IMG/VR virus record: IMGVR_UViG_3300021399_000111
Location: 1 to 64,000 of that record
DNA: 64,000 bases
DNA from: a virus
Lineage: Duplodnaviria; Caudoviricetes
Strand: one strand, 5' to 3'
Shown here: positions 6,712 to 17,510 of the stretch, in pieces
How the letters are laid out: each line of letters starts with the position of its first letter
How positions within the stretch are numbered: the stretch's first letter is position 1
Translations under genes and position numbers: made by a program
The notes under the pieces: model-generated
The model's database searches: none
What the model was told of the DNA's origin: nothing
The model's input: only the letters and a program-made list of their open reading frames with translations

Positions 6712-7956
6712 ATGGCGGAAATGCGTTATTGCAGTAAATGCAGGAAAACAATGGCGGATAGCAATTTTTACCAATATAAAGATGGTACAAAATGCGAATT
6801 ATGTAAAACATGTTTAACCTTGCATATTAATAATTTTGAACCTGATACTTTTCTTTGGTTATTAGAAAAATTTGATGTTCCATACATTGAAGCAGAATGG
6901 AATGTGCTGCGGGATCGCGCTTATCAAAAAGATCCATATAAAATGAATGGAATGTCTGTCTTTGGAAAATATCTTTCTAAAATGAAATTAAAACAATGGA
7001 AAAATTTTACTTGGGCAGATACTGAAAGATTGCAAGCGGAAGCCGCAGAAAAAGCAAAATTATATGGACAACCAAATGAAGTAACAGAACAACAAATTAA
7101 AGACATGGAAGAGGCTTATCATAATGGTGAAATATCTGAAGCCCAATGGCTAACTTATCAAGCAATTAATGCGCCAGAACCAGAATTTAAAGAAGTTGAT
7201 GGTGCTATTGTTGCGGCAGCCCATGGAAACTCAGAATCTAGTGGAGGCGGTCCCGCCGCATTTCCAGTTAATGATAACCCTTTTGAAAAAGTTGATTTAC
7301 CAGATGTAGGCGCTGAATTAACAGTAGAAGATAAGATATATTTAGCAACTAAATGGGGACAGTTATATTCTGCTGCGGATTGGGTTTATCTAGAAAACAA
7401 GTATAATGATTTTATGAGTTCTTTTGATATACAAGGCGCGGCAAGAATAGATACTTTAATTCAAATCTGTAAGTTATCTTTAAAAATGAATCAAGCTCTT
7501 GATACAGGAGATATGGATTCTTATTCTAAATTAGTTAGAGCATATGATTCTTTAATGAAAAGTGCTAAATTCACAGAAGCACAAAATAAAGATACAGATT
7601 CTGGTGAATTTGATTCTGTTGGCCTCATTGTTGCTTTTTGTGAGCGGGAAGGTGGTTTTATTGAAGATTATGAAATCACAGCGGATAGAGATATAGTAGA
7701 TACTATTATTAGAGATAACCATGAATATTTACAAACATTAATTTATAATGATACTAATTTAGCACAACAAATTGAGCAATTTTTAAAGAAACAAGAAATA
7801 ATGCAGGAACAAAAATTAGATAGATTAAAAGCAAAAGAAAAAGGTCAAGATACTGTTGAGATTTCTGATGCGGATTATGCAGATTTTTATGCGGCATTGC
7901 AATCAGATAAAGATAATGATAAACAATTATTAGAAGAGGAGGGATCTGATGAATGA
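6712..7956 (+). CDS. putative terminase small subunit / Zn-finger packaging protein
   Basis: N-terminal CSKC..CKTC; overlaps the start of TerL; positional inference. Confidence 0.5.
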   Translation: MAEMRYCSKCRKTMADSNFYQYKDGTKCELCKTCLTLHINNFEPDTFLWLLEKFDVPYIEAEWNVLRDRAYQKDPYKMNGMSVFGKYLSKMKLKQWKNFTWADTERLQAEAAEKAKLYGQPNEVTEQQIKDMEEAYHNGEISEAQWLTYQAINAPEPEFKEVDGAIVAAAHGNSESSGGGPAAFPVNDNPFEKVDLPDVGAELTVEDKIYLATKWGQLYSAADWVYLENKYNDFMSSFDIQGAARIDTLIQICKLSLKMNQALDTGDMDSYSKLVRAYDSLMKSAKFTEAQNKDTDSGEFDSVGLIVAFCEREGGFIEDYEITADRDIVDTIIRDNHEYLQTLIYNDTNLAQQIEQFLKKQEIMQEQKLDRLKAKEKGQDTVEISDADYADFYAALQSDKDNDKQLLEEEGSDE

Positions 7957-9695
7957 GTTTACAAAATTTATTAGATCTTTCTTCTTCAAAAAATACTTTA
8001 AAACAAGGTATTTCTGAAGAAAGATTGCGGAAATGCTTACCTGAATTGCGGAAATGCATTTCTTTTTATAGAAAATATCCAGATATTTTTATTGACAGAA
8101 TAAAAGGTCCTAATTGCGTCTTTAAATTTTATACCTATCAAAGAGTATTTCTTAGAATAGTTATGAGATATAAATGGACTTATGCAGTATTTCCTCGTGC
8201 CTATTCAAAATCTTTTTTAACTATGATGAGTTTGATGCTAAAAGCTATACTTTATCCAGGAACTCAAGCCGCAGTAACTGCAGGTGGTAAAGAGCAAGCC
8301 GCATCAATTACAATAGCTAAAATAGAGGAAATATGTAGACTTATTCCATCTTTGAGTAATGAAATTAACTGGGATCGTGGTCAATCTAAGAAAAGTAAAG
8401 ATAATGTAAAATATATTTTTAAGAATGGTTCTTCTGTTGATATTCTTGCGGCAAGGGAAAGTTCTCGTGGTCAAAGAAGAAATTGTATCGTAATTGAGGA
8501 ATCTATCCTTATGGATGGAGATGCTTTAAATGAAATTATCATTCCTACAACAAATATTGACAGATTATTAGGCGATGGTAGCAAGAGACCAGAAGAAATA
8601 GTTAATAAAGGTCAAGTATTTATTACTACTGCGGGATGGAAAAATTCTTTTCCTTACGCAAAATTAATAGATATGTTAATTAATGAATTAATTGACCCTA
8701 AACATTACATGATTATGGGTGGAACATTTGAAACTCCTGTAAAAGAAGGATTGCTTGAAGAAAACTTTGTAGAAAAACTTAGAGCGGAAGGTACTTTCAA
8801 TGATTCTTCTTTTGATAGAGAATATCGTTCAATCTGGTCTGGCGATGCGGAAAATTCTTATTTTAGTTCAGAAATAATTGATAAGCATAGACAATTATTA
8901 CAACCAGAATATGAGCATAGCGGAAGGTCAAGTAAAAGTGCTTATTATCTTCTTGGTATAGACGTAGGTAGAATTGGATGTAATACCGAAGTTTGTGTAT
9001 TTAAAGTGACTCCACAGCCGCAAGGGGCGGCAATTAAATCTCTAGTAAATCTTTTCTCTTTTGAGGCTCAAGATTTTGAAGAACAGGCAATAAATATTAA
9101 AAGATTATTTTATAAGTATAAAGCACGAATTTGTGTAATTGATGCAAATGGATTAGGTGTAGGACTTATAGATTTTATGACAAAATCACAAATAGATCCT
9201 GAGACAGGAGATGAATTACCTCCTTTTGGCGTTGAGGGTGGTACTTTTGATGAAGTACATGATCAGTATAAAAAGATTAAAGGTGATAATATTGTAAAAG
9301 ATGCTATGTATTTGATTAAAGCTAATGCTCCTATCAATACTGAAGGATATGCTTATGTTCAAACTCAATTAAGTAGCGGGAAGATAAAATTATTAATAGA
9401 TGAAAGAGAAGCTAGTACAAAGCTGATGAGTACAAAAGTAGGACAAAATATGACACCAGAACAGCGGGCAGAATATTTGATGCCTTTTGTTCAAACAAGT
9501 ATTCTTAAAGACCAAATGATGAATCTTGTTGAAGATAACGAAGGTGTTAATATTATCCTTAAACAAAACAATAGAGGAATAAAACGAGATAAATTTTCTG
9601 CATTTCAATATGGTTTATATTATGTTAAACTTGATGAAGAAAGAAAGCGGAAAAGAAAAACTTCTTCTATTGCAGATTTAATGTTCTTTAGCTAG
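7953..9695 (+). CDS. terL: terminase large subunit
   Basis: YQR Q-motif, Walker A variant PRAYSKS, SSRGQRR, Walker B IVIEE, ITTA coupling motif, RNase-H-like nuclease GIDVG...DANG...KRDKFSA. Confidence 0.9.
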   Translation: MSLQNLLDLSSSKNTLKQGISEERLRKCLPELRKCISFYRKYPDIFIDRIKGPNCVFKFYTYQRVFLRIVMRYKWTYAVFPRAYSKSFLTMMSLMLKAILYPGTQAAVTAGGKEQAASITIAKIEEICRLIPSLSNEINWDRGQSKKSKDNVKYIFKNGSSVDILAARESSRGQRRNCIVIEESILMDGDALNEIIIPTTNIDRLLGDGSKRPEEIVNKGQVFITTAGWKNSFPYAKLIDMLINELIDPKHYMIMGGTFETPVKEGLLEENFVEKLRAEGTFNDSSFDREYRSIWSGDAENSYFSSEIIDKHRQLLQPEYEHSGRSSKSAYYLLGIDVGRIGCNTEVCVFKVTPQPQGAAIKSLVNLFSFEAQDFEEQAINIKRLFYKYKARICVIDANGLGVGLIDFMTKSQIDPETGDELPPFGVEGGTFDEVHDQYKKIKGDNIVKDAMYLIKANAPINTEGYAYVQTQLSSGKIKLLIDEREASTKLMSTKVGQNMTPEQRAEYLMPFVQTSILKDQMMNLVEDNEGVNIILKQNNRGIKRDKFSAFQYGLYYVKLDEERKRKRKTSSIADLMFFS

Positions 9696-9829
9696 CGGCG
9701 GCCGCTGGTCTATAGCATCTAGTGTGTCAGAATAGTTGCTTACAGACCAGCTCCCGCAATTTTTTAGGACATTTTCTGTTAAATTTTTTGATATATTTTT
9801 AGATTATATTAGTAAAGGAAAAAAGAAAT

Positions 9830-10186
9830 ATGAGATCATCTAGAGGAGAAATAAAAATAGTAGATATTTTAACTGTTGCTGGGGTTAATTTTAAAGAGGA
9901 ATATTCTTTCCCAGATTTAGTGAGTTCAAGTGGAAGGCCTCTGCGTTTTGATTTTGCAGTATTTGATGATAATGGGGATTTAGATTTTTTAATTGAATTT
10001 CAAGGTATTCAACATTATGAAGCAAAAAGTAAATTCGGAGGTTCTAAGGGATTATATCAGCAAAAGTATAACGATACTCAAAAAAGAAAATATTGTCAAG
10101 AGCATGGCTATACTTTAGTAACAGTTCCCTATTGGGATTTAAATATTCTAGATTATGATTATCTATTTCGAGCAGCAGGATATTGA
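9830..10186 (+). CDS. Vsr/DUF559-like PD-(D/E)xK endonuclease
   Basis: SRGE...LRFDFAV...LIEFQGIQHY...D..K..YC motif. Confidence 0.75.
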   Translation: MRSSRGEIKIVDILTVAGVNFKEEYSFPDLVSSSGRPLRFDFAVFDDNGDLDFLIEFQGIQHYEAKSKFGGSKGLYQQKYNDTQKRKYCQEHGYTLVTVPYWDLNILDYDYLFRAAGY

Positions 10187-10200
10187 ATTTTTAGTAAAAT

Positions 10201-10229
10201 TTGACATCTTACTAAATTTTTGATATAAT
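10201..10229 (+). promoter_or_regulatory. sigma-A-type promoter upstream of portal
   Basis: TTGACA-17-TATAAT with extended -10 TG. Confidence 0.75.
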
Positions 10230-10260
10230 TAAAGAGAATGATAAGGAGGTATCTCTTCTA

Positions 10261-11880
10261 ATGCGCAATAGACAAGAAGAAATTAAAGCAAAAGGCTTTG
10301 ATATTGTCCACGGAAGAATAACAGATGCTGATTATCAGGAAGGCCATACAGGTTATCAATCTAATATAGCAGGAATCCCAGTTGTAGATTTTGGTAAATT
10401 AAAAATTGGAGCAAAGACATTAGATGATGCGGTTTTAGATTTAGGTTTTTTAAGAAAAGTTAATCCTCGATTATCTGATAAACAAACTATATTAAGAGCG
10501 ATTGAAAATTATGATTTAAAAACCATGCGAGAAGTGTCTGACTTCTTTTATAAAGCTAGTGGTATTTATAGTCGTATTTTGAGATATTTAGCTTTTATGT
10601 ATAGATACGATTGGTATGTAACACCTTATGTAGGTGATGAAAAACTTAAAAATAAACCTGAACAAATTTTAAAACCTTTTAGTGAAGCACTAAGAATTTT
10701 AGATAATTTTCATGTTAAGAAAAAATTAGGTGATATTGCTTTAAAGGTTTTAAGATTTGGTGTTTATTATGGATATAGAGTAAAAACCGCTCGTGGTTAT
10801 TCTATACAAGAATTGCCTTATAATTATTGTCGAAGCAGATTTTTTGATGCGGAAAGAGACAAGCCCGCAGTAGAATTTAATATGAAGTATTTTGATGATA
10901 CTTTTAAAGATTCTGCTCAAAAGATGAGAATATTAAAAATGTTCCCTAAAGAATTTGAAAAAGGTTATTCTCTATACAAGGCAGGCAAGCTTCCGCCAGA
11001 TTTCCCTGGAGATGAAAATGGTTGGTATTTGTTAGATCCTAAAATGGCAGTTAAATTTAATGCGAATGGAGAAGATTACCCCGCATTTATTTCTGTTATT
11101 CCTCTTATCATAGACTTAGATGAAGCTCAAGATTTAGACAGACAAAAGACAATGCAAAGATTATTGAAAATTATTATTCAAAAAATGCCTTTAGATAAGA
11201 ATGGTGATTTAATCTTTGATGTTGATGAAGCTCAACAATTGCATAATAACGCAGTTAAGATGTTAGGGCGTGCCATTGGAGTTGATGTTTTAACAACTTT
11301 TGCAGATGTAGAAGTTGCTGATTTGGCTGATACAAGTGTTGCTTCTGCCCAGTCTGATGATCTTGAAAGAGTAGAAAGACAATTATATAATGAAGCAGGT
11401 GTTTCTCAAATGCAATTTAATACAGATGGTAATATCGCATTGGAAAAATCTATTTTAAATGATGCGGCTAGTTTGTATGATTTATTATTGCAATTTGAAA
11501 TTTTCTTGAATGATATAATTAGTGAATTTAATACTCATCCTAAAAAATTAGAATTTAGGGTGCAAATATTAACTACTACAATATATAATTATCAAGAGCT
11601 TGCTAAGATGTATAAAGAACAAACTCAATTAGGTTATTCAAAGATGTTACCTCAGATTGCTCTTGGGCAAAGTCAGAGTAGTATTCTTGCTAATGCATTC
11701 TTTGAAAATGATATCCTTGATTTAATTAATGTATTTATCCCTCCTCTTATGAGTTCTACTATGAATGGTGATATACTTAGTAGATCAAAGGGTAATAGTG
11801 ATACAGGAGCAGGAAGAAAAGAAAAGCCTGATGATGAAAAGAGTGAAAAAACAATAAAAAATCTTGAAGCTCAAGGATAA
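10261..11880 (+). CDS. portal protein
   Basis: 539 aa downstream of TerL; C-terminal GAGRKEKPDDEKSEKT tail typical of SPbeta-like portals. Confidence 0.75.
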   Translation: MRNRQEEIKAKGFDIVHGRITDADYQEGHTGYQSNIAGIPVVDFGKLKIGAKTLDDAVLDLGFLRKVNPRLSDKQTILRAIENYDLKTMREVSDFFYKASGIYSRILRYLAFMYRYDWYVTPYVGDEKLKNKPEQILKPFSEALRILDNFHVKKKLGDIALKVLRFGVYYGYRVKTARGYSIQELPYNYCRSRFFDAERDKPAVEFNMKYFDDTFKDSAQKMRILKMFPKEFEKGYSLYKAGKLPPDFPGDENGWYLLDPKMAVKFNANGEDYPAFISVIPLIIDLDEAQDLDRQKTMQRLLKIIIQKMPLDKNGDLIFDVDEAQQLHNNAVKMLGRAIGVDVLTTFADVEVADLADTSVASAQSDDLERVERQLYNEAGVSQMQFNTDGNIALEKSILNDAASLYDLLLQFEIFLNDIISEFNTHPKKLEFRVQILTTTIYNYQELAKMYKEQTQLGYSKMLPQIALGQSQSSILANAFFENDILDLINVFIPPLMSSTMNGDILSRSKGNSDTGAGRKEKPDDEKSEKTIKNLEAQG

Positions 11881-11909
11881 AAGTCTATAGATAAGGAGGC
11901 AAGCTAATT

Positions 11910-13265
11910 ATGAATCAAAGAGTTAGTGTAGCCACAATAGATAGCCCTCAATTTATAAATTTACAGCCAATGGATAGAAATCCATTGATAAGTGAATGTA
12001 TTGTTAAAGTATTCTATATTGGACAAAATAGAAATGGTAGTTGTATTACTAGAGAAGTAGCAACTAATATGGCAAAAACTTTACGCGGCTGTCCTATTGT
12101 AGGTTATTATAAAGAAGATAAACAAGATTTTGGAGATCATGGTGATCAATTAATTGTTGATGGAGATGGTGCAAGATTTAATTGTTTAACTAAACCTTAT
12201 GGTTTTGTTTCATTAGATGCACAACCATGGTTTCAATTTTTTGAAGATAAAGATGAATTTGGAAATACTTGCGTTAGAGAGTATTTAGTAACAAATGCTT
12301 ATCTGTGGACTGGTCAATTCCCAGAAAGTCAGAGAGCAATAGATAATCACAACCCGCAATCAATGGAACTCGATGAAAAAAGTTTACAAGGACATTGGGC
12401 AACTGATTATAATAGTGGACTTGATTTTTTCATTATTAATGACGCAACAATTTCTAAATTATGTATTTTAGGTGAAGATGTTGAACCTTGCTTTGAAGGG
12501 TCTAGTTTTCTTCCACCAAATACAAGTTCTACTTTTGCAAATAATAGTTTTGTAAAAAACATTTTATCAATGTTAGAAGAACTTAAATTTGCTTTACAAA
12601 AACAAGAAGGAGGCCTTTCAATGGACGAGCAAAACAGCAATGTAATTGAAGAGCAAGTACAGGAAACCTCTGTTGAAGAAACTTCTATTGAAAATTCTTC
12701 TTTTGAACAGGACAAAAATAATGAAACTGTTATTACTGAAAATCAAGATACAGTAGAAGAGTTTGCAAATAAGAAAGAGGATGAAGAAGAAGATCCTCAA
12801 AAGAAGCCTGATTCAGAAGATGAAGAAGAAGAGAAGAAAGAAGATCCTAAAACAAAAAATTCAGTTTCTGAAGAGGATTTTGCTAAACTTCAAGCAGATT
12901 TTTCTGCGCTTCAAGCACAATTTGCTTCATTAGAAGAGGAAAATAAACAACTTTTAGCTTTTAAGCAAGAAGTTGAAAATAAGCAGAAAGATGAATTAAT
13001 TGCTTCTTTCTATATGCTTTCTGATGAAGATAAGAAGGATGTTATTGCAAATAAAATAAATTATTCTTTAGAGCAAATTGAAGAAAAACTTTCAGTCATT
13101 TGTTTTAGAAAGAAAGTTAATTTTAGTACAAATGAAGTAGGCAATACATCAGATCAAGATTCAGAACCTACTGCTACAATGTTATTTAATTTAAATAACC
13201 ATCAAGCAGATGAATTACCTGCTTGGCTTAAACCAGTAGAAGATGTTCATAATCGCAATAATTAA
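11910..13265 (+). CDS. prohead protease-scaffold fusion
   Basis: N-terminal NRNG...H...QSMEL...LCILG.DVEPCFEG; acidic coiled-coil C-terminal half. Confidence 0.75.
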   Translation: MNQRVSVATIDSPQFINLQPMDRNPLISECIVKVFYIGQNRNGSCITREVATNMAKTLRGCPIVGYYKEDKQDFGDHGDQLIVDGDGARFNCLTKPYGFVSLDAQPWFQFFEDKDEFGNTCVREYLVTNAYLWTGQFPESQRAIDNHNPQSMELDEKSLQGHWATDYNSGLDFFIINDATISKLCILGEDVEPCFEGSSFLPPNTSSTFANNSFVKNILSMLEELKFALQKQEGGLSMDEQNSNVIEEQVQETSVEETSIENSSFEQDKNNETVITENQDTVEEFANKKEDEEEDPQKKPDSEDEEEEKKEDPKTKNSVSEEDFAKLQADFSALQAQFASLEEENKQLLAFKQEVENKQKDELIASFYMLSDEDKKDVIANKINYSLEQIEEKLSVICFRKKVNFSTNEVGNTSDQDSEPTATMLFNLNNHQADELPAWLKPVEDVHNRNN

Positions 13266-13282
13266 AATAGGAGGAAATACAA

Positions 13283-13969
13283 ATGGCATTTACAAGAAAT
13301 GGCTTTGGACAGGTAGAGCCTAATCAGCTTTCTGCTCAAAAGACAGGTCAGATTTATGCAAGCCTTCCACTTGATACTGCAGTAGAAGTGCTTCAAAATG
13401 GCGAGTTTATGTATTATGACTACGCTAACAAGAGTGTAAATGCAGGCAAGGCTGCTGCAACTGGTGTTGTTGCAACCCAGGGCGAGCCAATGCTTGTTTT
13501 TAATGAAATTAAATTATATGAGCCTTTCTGGAGAACTTCTTACAAAGATTTCGCTATGATTAGAGTTGGTGACAATTATGTTACTTCTAGATTAGCTACT
13601 GAAAAATATGGTGAGAATGCGGATCTCGTTCAGGCTTCTTATCAGAATCATAATTTAGAGTATCAGTATCGTATGGCTGGCATTGCTCCTCGTCTTTTTA
13701 AGACCAATATTGGTGATATTTATACTACAAACATGGTAGCTCTTACAAAGAAAGAGGGCGAAACTGAAGTTGAAATTACTTATGCTGTTGGTGATATTCT
13801 TGCTCCAGAAAAGGTCACTCATACAGCTTCAGATGGTACTAGCACTTATGAAACTTTAGTTCTTACTCCTCAGGATTCTCTTCCTGATGCGGGTATGGCT
13901 TGGATGGTAGTTCAGGTTTATACAATGCCTGATGGTCAACCTGGACTTAAGCTCCAGAGAGTACAGTAA
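13283..13969 (+). CDS. capsid decoration / head protein
   Basis: Lies between scaffold and major capsid; highly-expressed codon bias. Confidence 0.6.
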   Translation: MAFTRNGFGQVEPNQLSAQKTGQIYASLPLDTAVEVLQNGEFMYYDYANKSVNAGKAAATGVVATQGEPMLVFNEIKLYEPFWRTSYKDFAMIRVGDNYVTSRLATEKYGENADLVQASYQNHNLEYQYRMAGIAPRLFKTNIGDIYTTNMVALTKKEGETEVEITYAVGDILAPEKVTHTASDGTSTYETLVLTPQDSLPDAGMAWMVVQVYTMPDGQPGLKLQRVQ

Positions 13970-13983
13970 AGGAGGATAAGATA

Positions 13984-15021
13984 ATGGCATTAGCGTTTAA
14001 TGAATTATTAAAACTTGCGAAGACCGTTGCTCATGCTAAACCTTCTGCTCCTACAGCTTATTCTTTTGGAGAGAAGAGTTATAGTTACAGCGAAATGAAT
14101 GAAGCTCTTCGTGTTGAGTTTGCGGCATTAGCTCCTGATTATAGAACTTATAAGATTAATCAGAATACAATTTTTGCTTTAATTGAGCAAACTATTGATG
14201 ATGTCCTTCCTGCAAAGGTTATGGAACAGTATTCTCAGTTTGCTGATATTAAGACTTTTGCACAAGGCGATAAGCCAATTTTCACTCAGAAAATTACTAC
14301 TGCTTCTCGTAGACGTGCTCAACAGTTCATCGGTAAGGTCGGGCTTGCTGGTCTCTATGAGGTCTTTAAGCTTGATGGTCGTAGCTATGAAGTTGCTACC
14401 AATGCTATTGGTGGTGCTGCTCAGATTGGCTTCGAAGAGTTCCTTGATGGCCGTGTAGATTTTGCAGATGTTCTTGATATTGTTATGGAAGGTCTTGATA
14501 GATGTATCTACAAGGAAATTGAGGCTCAGCTTATCGGTGCAATTGGAAATATTCAGCCTACTAATTTTGATACTGATAATAGCTTCGTAGAGTCAAAGAT
14601 GGATAATTTACTTTCTATCGCTGATTCTTATGGTAAGGCTGCTATCTATTGTACTTTTGAGTTTGCGGCAACCATGTGGCCATCAGATAATCGTATGTCT
14701 GATGCTATGAAAGACCAGGCTTGGACTGGCAATGGTTATGTTGCTAGTTATAAGGGTCACCAAGTTATTGTTCTTCCTCAGTCTTATGATGACGAGACAA
14801 ATACTCTTAAGACAATTGATCCTTCTTATGCTTATATTATTCCTGTAGGCGCTGAGAAGCCGGTCAAGATTGCTTTCGAGGGTGGAACAATCGTTGATGA
14901 ATATACAAATTATGATAGATCCAAAGAGGTTCAGGTATATAAGAAAGTCGGTGTAAGAGCTATCTTCTCCAATGCTATTTGCGTATATCAGAACACTAAA
15001 TTAAAGAGAACTAAGAGTTAA
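13984..15021 (+). CDS. major capsid protein
   Basis: 345 aa, position, strong codon bias, followed by a terminator. Confidence 0.8.
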   Translation: MALAFNELLKLAKTVAHAKPSAPTAYSFGEKSYSYSEMNEALRVEFAALAPDYRTYKINQNTIFALIEQTIDDVLPAKVMEQYSQFADIKTFAQGDKPIFTQKITTASRRRAQQFIGKVGLAGLYEVFKLDGRSYEVATNAIGGAAQIGFEEFLDGRVDFADVLDIVMEGLDRCIYKEIEAQLIGAIGNIQPTNFDTDNSFVESKMDNLLSIADSYGKAAIYCTFEFAATMWPSDNRMSDAMKDQAWTGNGYVASYKGHQVIVLPQSYDDETNTLKTIDPSYAYIIPVGAEKPVKIAFEGGTIVDEYTNYDRSKEVQVYKKVGVRAIFSNAICVYQNTKLKRTKS

Positions 15022-15042
15022 TTTGTACTTTGATAATAAAAG

Positions 15043-15080
15043 AGGGGAAGGTAAATTTATTTTATCTTCCCCCGTTTTTT
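15043..15080 (+). terminator. intrinsic terminator after capsid gene
   Basis: GGGGAAGGTAAA..TTTATCTTCCCC followed by T-run. Confidence 0.75.
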
Positions 15081-15111
15081 GTTAGGTTTAGGAGATAAAA
15101 GGAGATTTATT

Positions 15112-15684
15112 ATGGAAAATGAAAAAAGAATGGTTATGGTGAGAAACCGTAATGTTGGTAGTACTGGTTATACATTAGATAATGGTTTTCACAGACAGTT
15201 TGAGCATAATGAAGTTAAAAAAATTCCTTTGGAAGAATTGCAGCAACTTAGTTATGCTCCAGGCGGAGAATATATTTTAAAGAATCTTTTAGTTATTGAT
15301 GATAAATCTGCGCTTGAATATTTAAATATGACAGTTGAACCAGAATATTTTTATTCTGATGAAGATATTAAAAAGATTCTTATTGAGGGGAGCCTTGATC
15401 AGCTTGAAGATACTTTAAATTTTGCTCCAGAAGGAGTTATTGAAAGTTTAAAGCGGTTTGCTGTAGAGCTTGAAATTCCAGATGTCAGAAAGCGTGATAT
15501 GATTAGCGCAAAGACTGGTTTTAATATTACTAGTGCAATTAATGTTAATCATGTTCTTGCGGAAGGTGTTGATGAAGAGCCTAAACCAGAAGCTCCAAAG
15601 CGAAAGGCTAGCCCAATTACAGCTTCAACTACCCCTGAGAGAAAAGCAGCTGCTCCCGCAAGCAAGTATAAAGTTGTTGGGTAA
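15112..15684 (+). CDS. virion morphogenesis protein (head completion region)
   Basis: Start ATG 15112 after AGGAG; position. Confidence 0.55.
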   Translation: MENEKRMVMVRNRNVGSTGYTLDNGFHRQFEHNEVKKIPLEELQQLSYAPGGEYILKNLLVIDDKSALEYLNMTVEPEYFYSDEDIKKILIEGSLDQLEDTLNFAPEGVIESLKRFAVELEIPDVRKRDMISAKTGFNITSAINVNHVLAEGVDEEPKPEAPKRKASPITASTTPERKAAAPASKYKVVG

Positions 15685-15699
15685 AAGAGAGGTTTAATA

Positions 15700-16257
15700 A
15701 TGGATGGAGTCAAAAGAACATATTTTTCAACCATCTATGATAGTTTTTTAACTCGTGTAACTTCAGATATGTATATGGAGTTTACTGAACTTGATACATT
15801 AAGAGCATTACAAGATTTATTAATTGCTGCAATTTCGAGATTTGAATTCCCGCGTTTTGATATATATGATTATGTCGAAGGCGAATGGGAATATGGAACT
15901 TATTGCGGAGTTGAAAGTGATAATAAAGAAGTGCCATCTACAGCTTTGGTAGGTGGCTCTTTTAATGTAGATTTAACGCCAGAAGAAGTTAATATTCTAT
16001 CATTATGTATGGTTATAGAATGGTTAGGTCAACAGTTAGCAACAACAGAATTGACTAAAATGAAATATACTGGATCTGATTTTAAAATGACTTCACAAGC
16101 AAACCATATGGCTAAATTAAGAAATCTTATAGATAATGCTCATAAAGATTGTTTTCATTTACAAAGACTTTACAAGAGAAGAAAGATTGTAGATGGTGAA
16201 GTTAGATCAACGGCTGGTATAATTATGACTCTTCCTACTTATGGATATAAAATATAA
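15700..16257 (+). CDS. putative head-tail adaptor
   Basis: Position after capsid; DFKMTSQANH motif. Confidence 0.55.
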   Translation: MDGVKRTYFSTIYDSFLTRVTSDMYMEFTELDTLRALQDLLIAAISRFEFPRFDIYDYVEGEWEYGTYCGVESDNKEVPSTALVGGSFNVDLTPEEVNILSLCMVIEWLGQQLATTELTKMKYTGSDFKMTSQANHMAKLRNLIDNAHKDCFHLQRLYKRRKIVDGEVRSTAGIIMTLPTYGYKI

Positions 16258-16275
16258 AGTTAGGAGGAGAGATAA

Positions 16276-16590
16276 GTGGTTTTGGAAAAATATAATGTTG
16301 AAATTCAAAATGAAGCTATATTAAAAAATATAGATAAAATTACTAACCAGATATTTAAATTATTACCTTATAGAGAAGAAGGCGGTGAATGGATCCCGCC
16401 ATTGCAAAATTTAATTATTGAAATCTCTGGTATGAATGTTCTATTAAAAGATCATACTGATTTATTTCCTTTGTTATGTAAATTAGAAGCGCTGCTCTCT
16501 CTTACAGAAGAAAGTGATTTTTATTTGTTTAGAAAAACCATTTTTGAATGTTTAGGATTATGCAATTCCTTAAAGAAAGTGGTGACATAA
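16276..16590 (+). CDS. hypothetical neck-region protein
   Basis: GTG start with AGGAGG RBS. Confidence 0.55.
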   Translation: MVLEKYNVEIQNEAILKNIDKITNQIFKLLPYREEGGEWIPPLQNLIIEISGMNVLLKDHTDLFPLLCKLEALLSLTEESDFYLFRKTIFECLGLCNSLKKVVT

Positions 16591-17492
16591 TGAGTGGATT
16601 AGATAGAATGAAAAAAAGAATGGAATATGATGGCGGTTACACTCAAGATGACAGAAATGTTAAAGGAAAATGGCTTTCTTTTAGGTCTGCTTGCGAAAAT
16701 TCTTATCAAGCGGAATGGATTACATTTAATGATAAAAAGTGTAGATGTTTGATTAATCCCGATAAATTAAAAGAAGACTATGATCAAAAAATGATTAGTA
16801 TTGATTTTAAGTATGGCATGAAGAATGGTTCTGTTTTTTATTGGGATAGAACAAATACATATTGGTTAGCATATCTTCAAGATTATAATGAAGAGGCATA
16901 CTTCAGAGCATCCATTCGCAGATGTGATTATGAAATTGATGTTGATGGTCATAAATATAGAATTTATTTGCGGGGGCCAGTAGAAACTGCAATAATCTGG
17001 AGACAAAAACATCAAATTGAGACAAATGATTTAAACTATTCTATTCTTTTTTATATTGAAAAAAATGAAGAAACAACAAATTTCTTTGAACGCTTTAAGG
17101 TTTTAAAATTTGACGGTCATAATTGGCGGGTTGCCGCAGTAGATAGGTATTCTCAAAATGGAATTATTGAAGTTTATATGGAAGAGTACCATGACAATCC
17201 TATGGAAGACGCAATGGTAATTCCTGAAATTATTAATCCAGACCCCATGCGGCCACATATCGACGGCCCGCAGGTTGTTCGTCCATATGACACAAATTTA
17301 TCTTTCTCTATTGTTGGATTAACCAATGGAGCGTTTGTAGTTAATTCTTCTAAAGTTAAAATTATAAAACAGGATTCTTCTTCATGCATTTTAGAAATTT
17401 TAACAGGAAAAGCTGGAAATTTCACTTTATATTATAAAACAGATAATGAAGAAGAAACTGTTAAATTAGATATTATGATTAAATCATTTTGA
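16590..17492 (+). CDS. putative head-closure/neck protein with C-terminal beta domain
   Basis: Start MSGLDR coupled to the previous stop (TAATG); position. Confidence 0.5.
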   Translation: MSGLDRMKKRMEYDGGYTQDDRNVKGKWLSFRSACENSYQAEWITFNDKKCRCLINPDKLKEDYDQKMISIDFKYGMKNGSVFYWDRTNTYWLAYLQDYNEEAYFRASIRRCDYEIDVDGHKYRIYLRGPVETAIIWRQKHQIETNDLNYSILFYIEKNEETTNFFERFKVLKFDGHNWRVAAVDRYSQNGIIEVYMEEYHDNPMEDAMVIPEIINPDPMRPHIDGPQVVRPYDTNLSFSIVGLTNGAFVVNSSKVKIIKQDSSSCILEILTGKAGNFTLYYKTDNEEETVKLDIMIKSF

Positions 17493-17510
17493 TTTAAAGG
17501 AGATAAAAGG

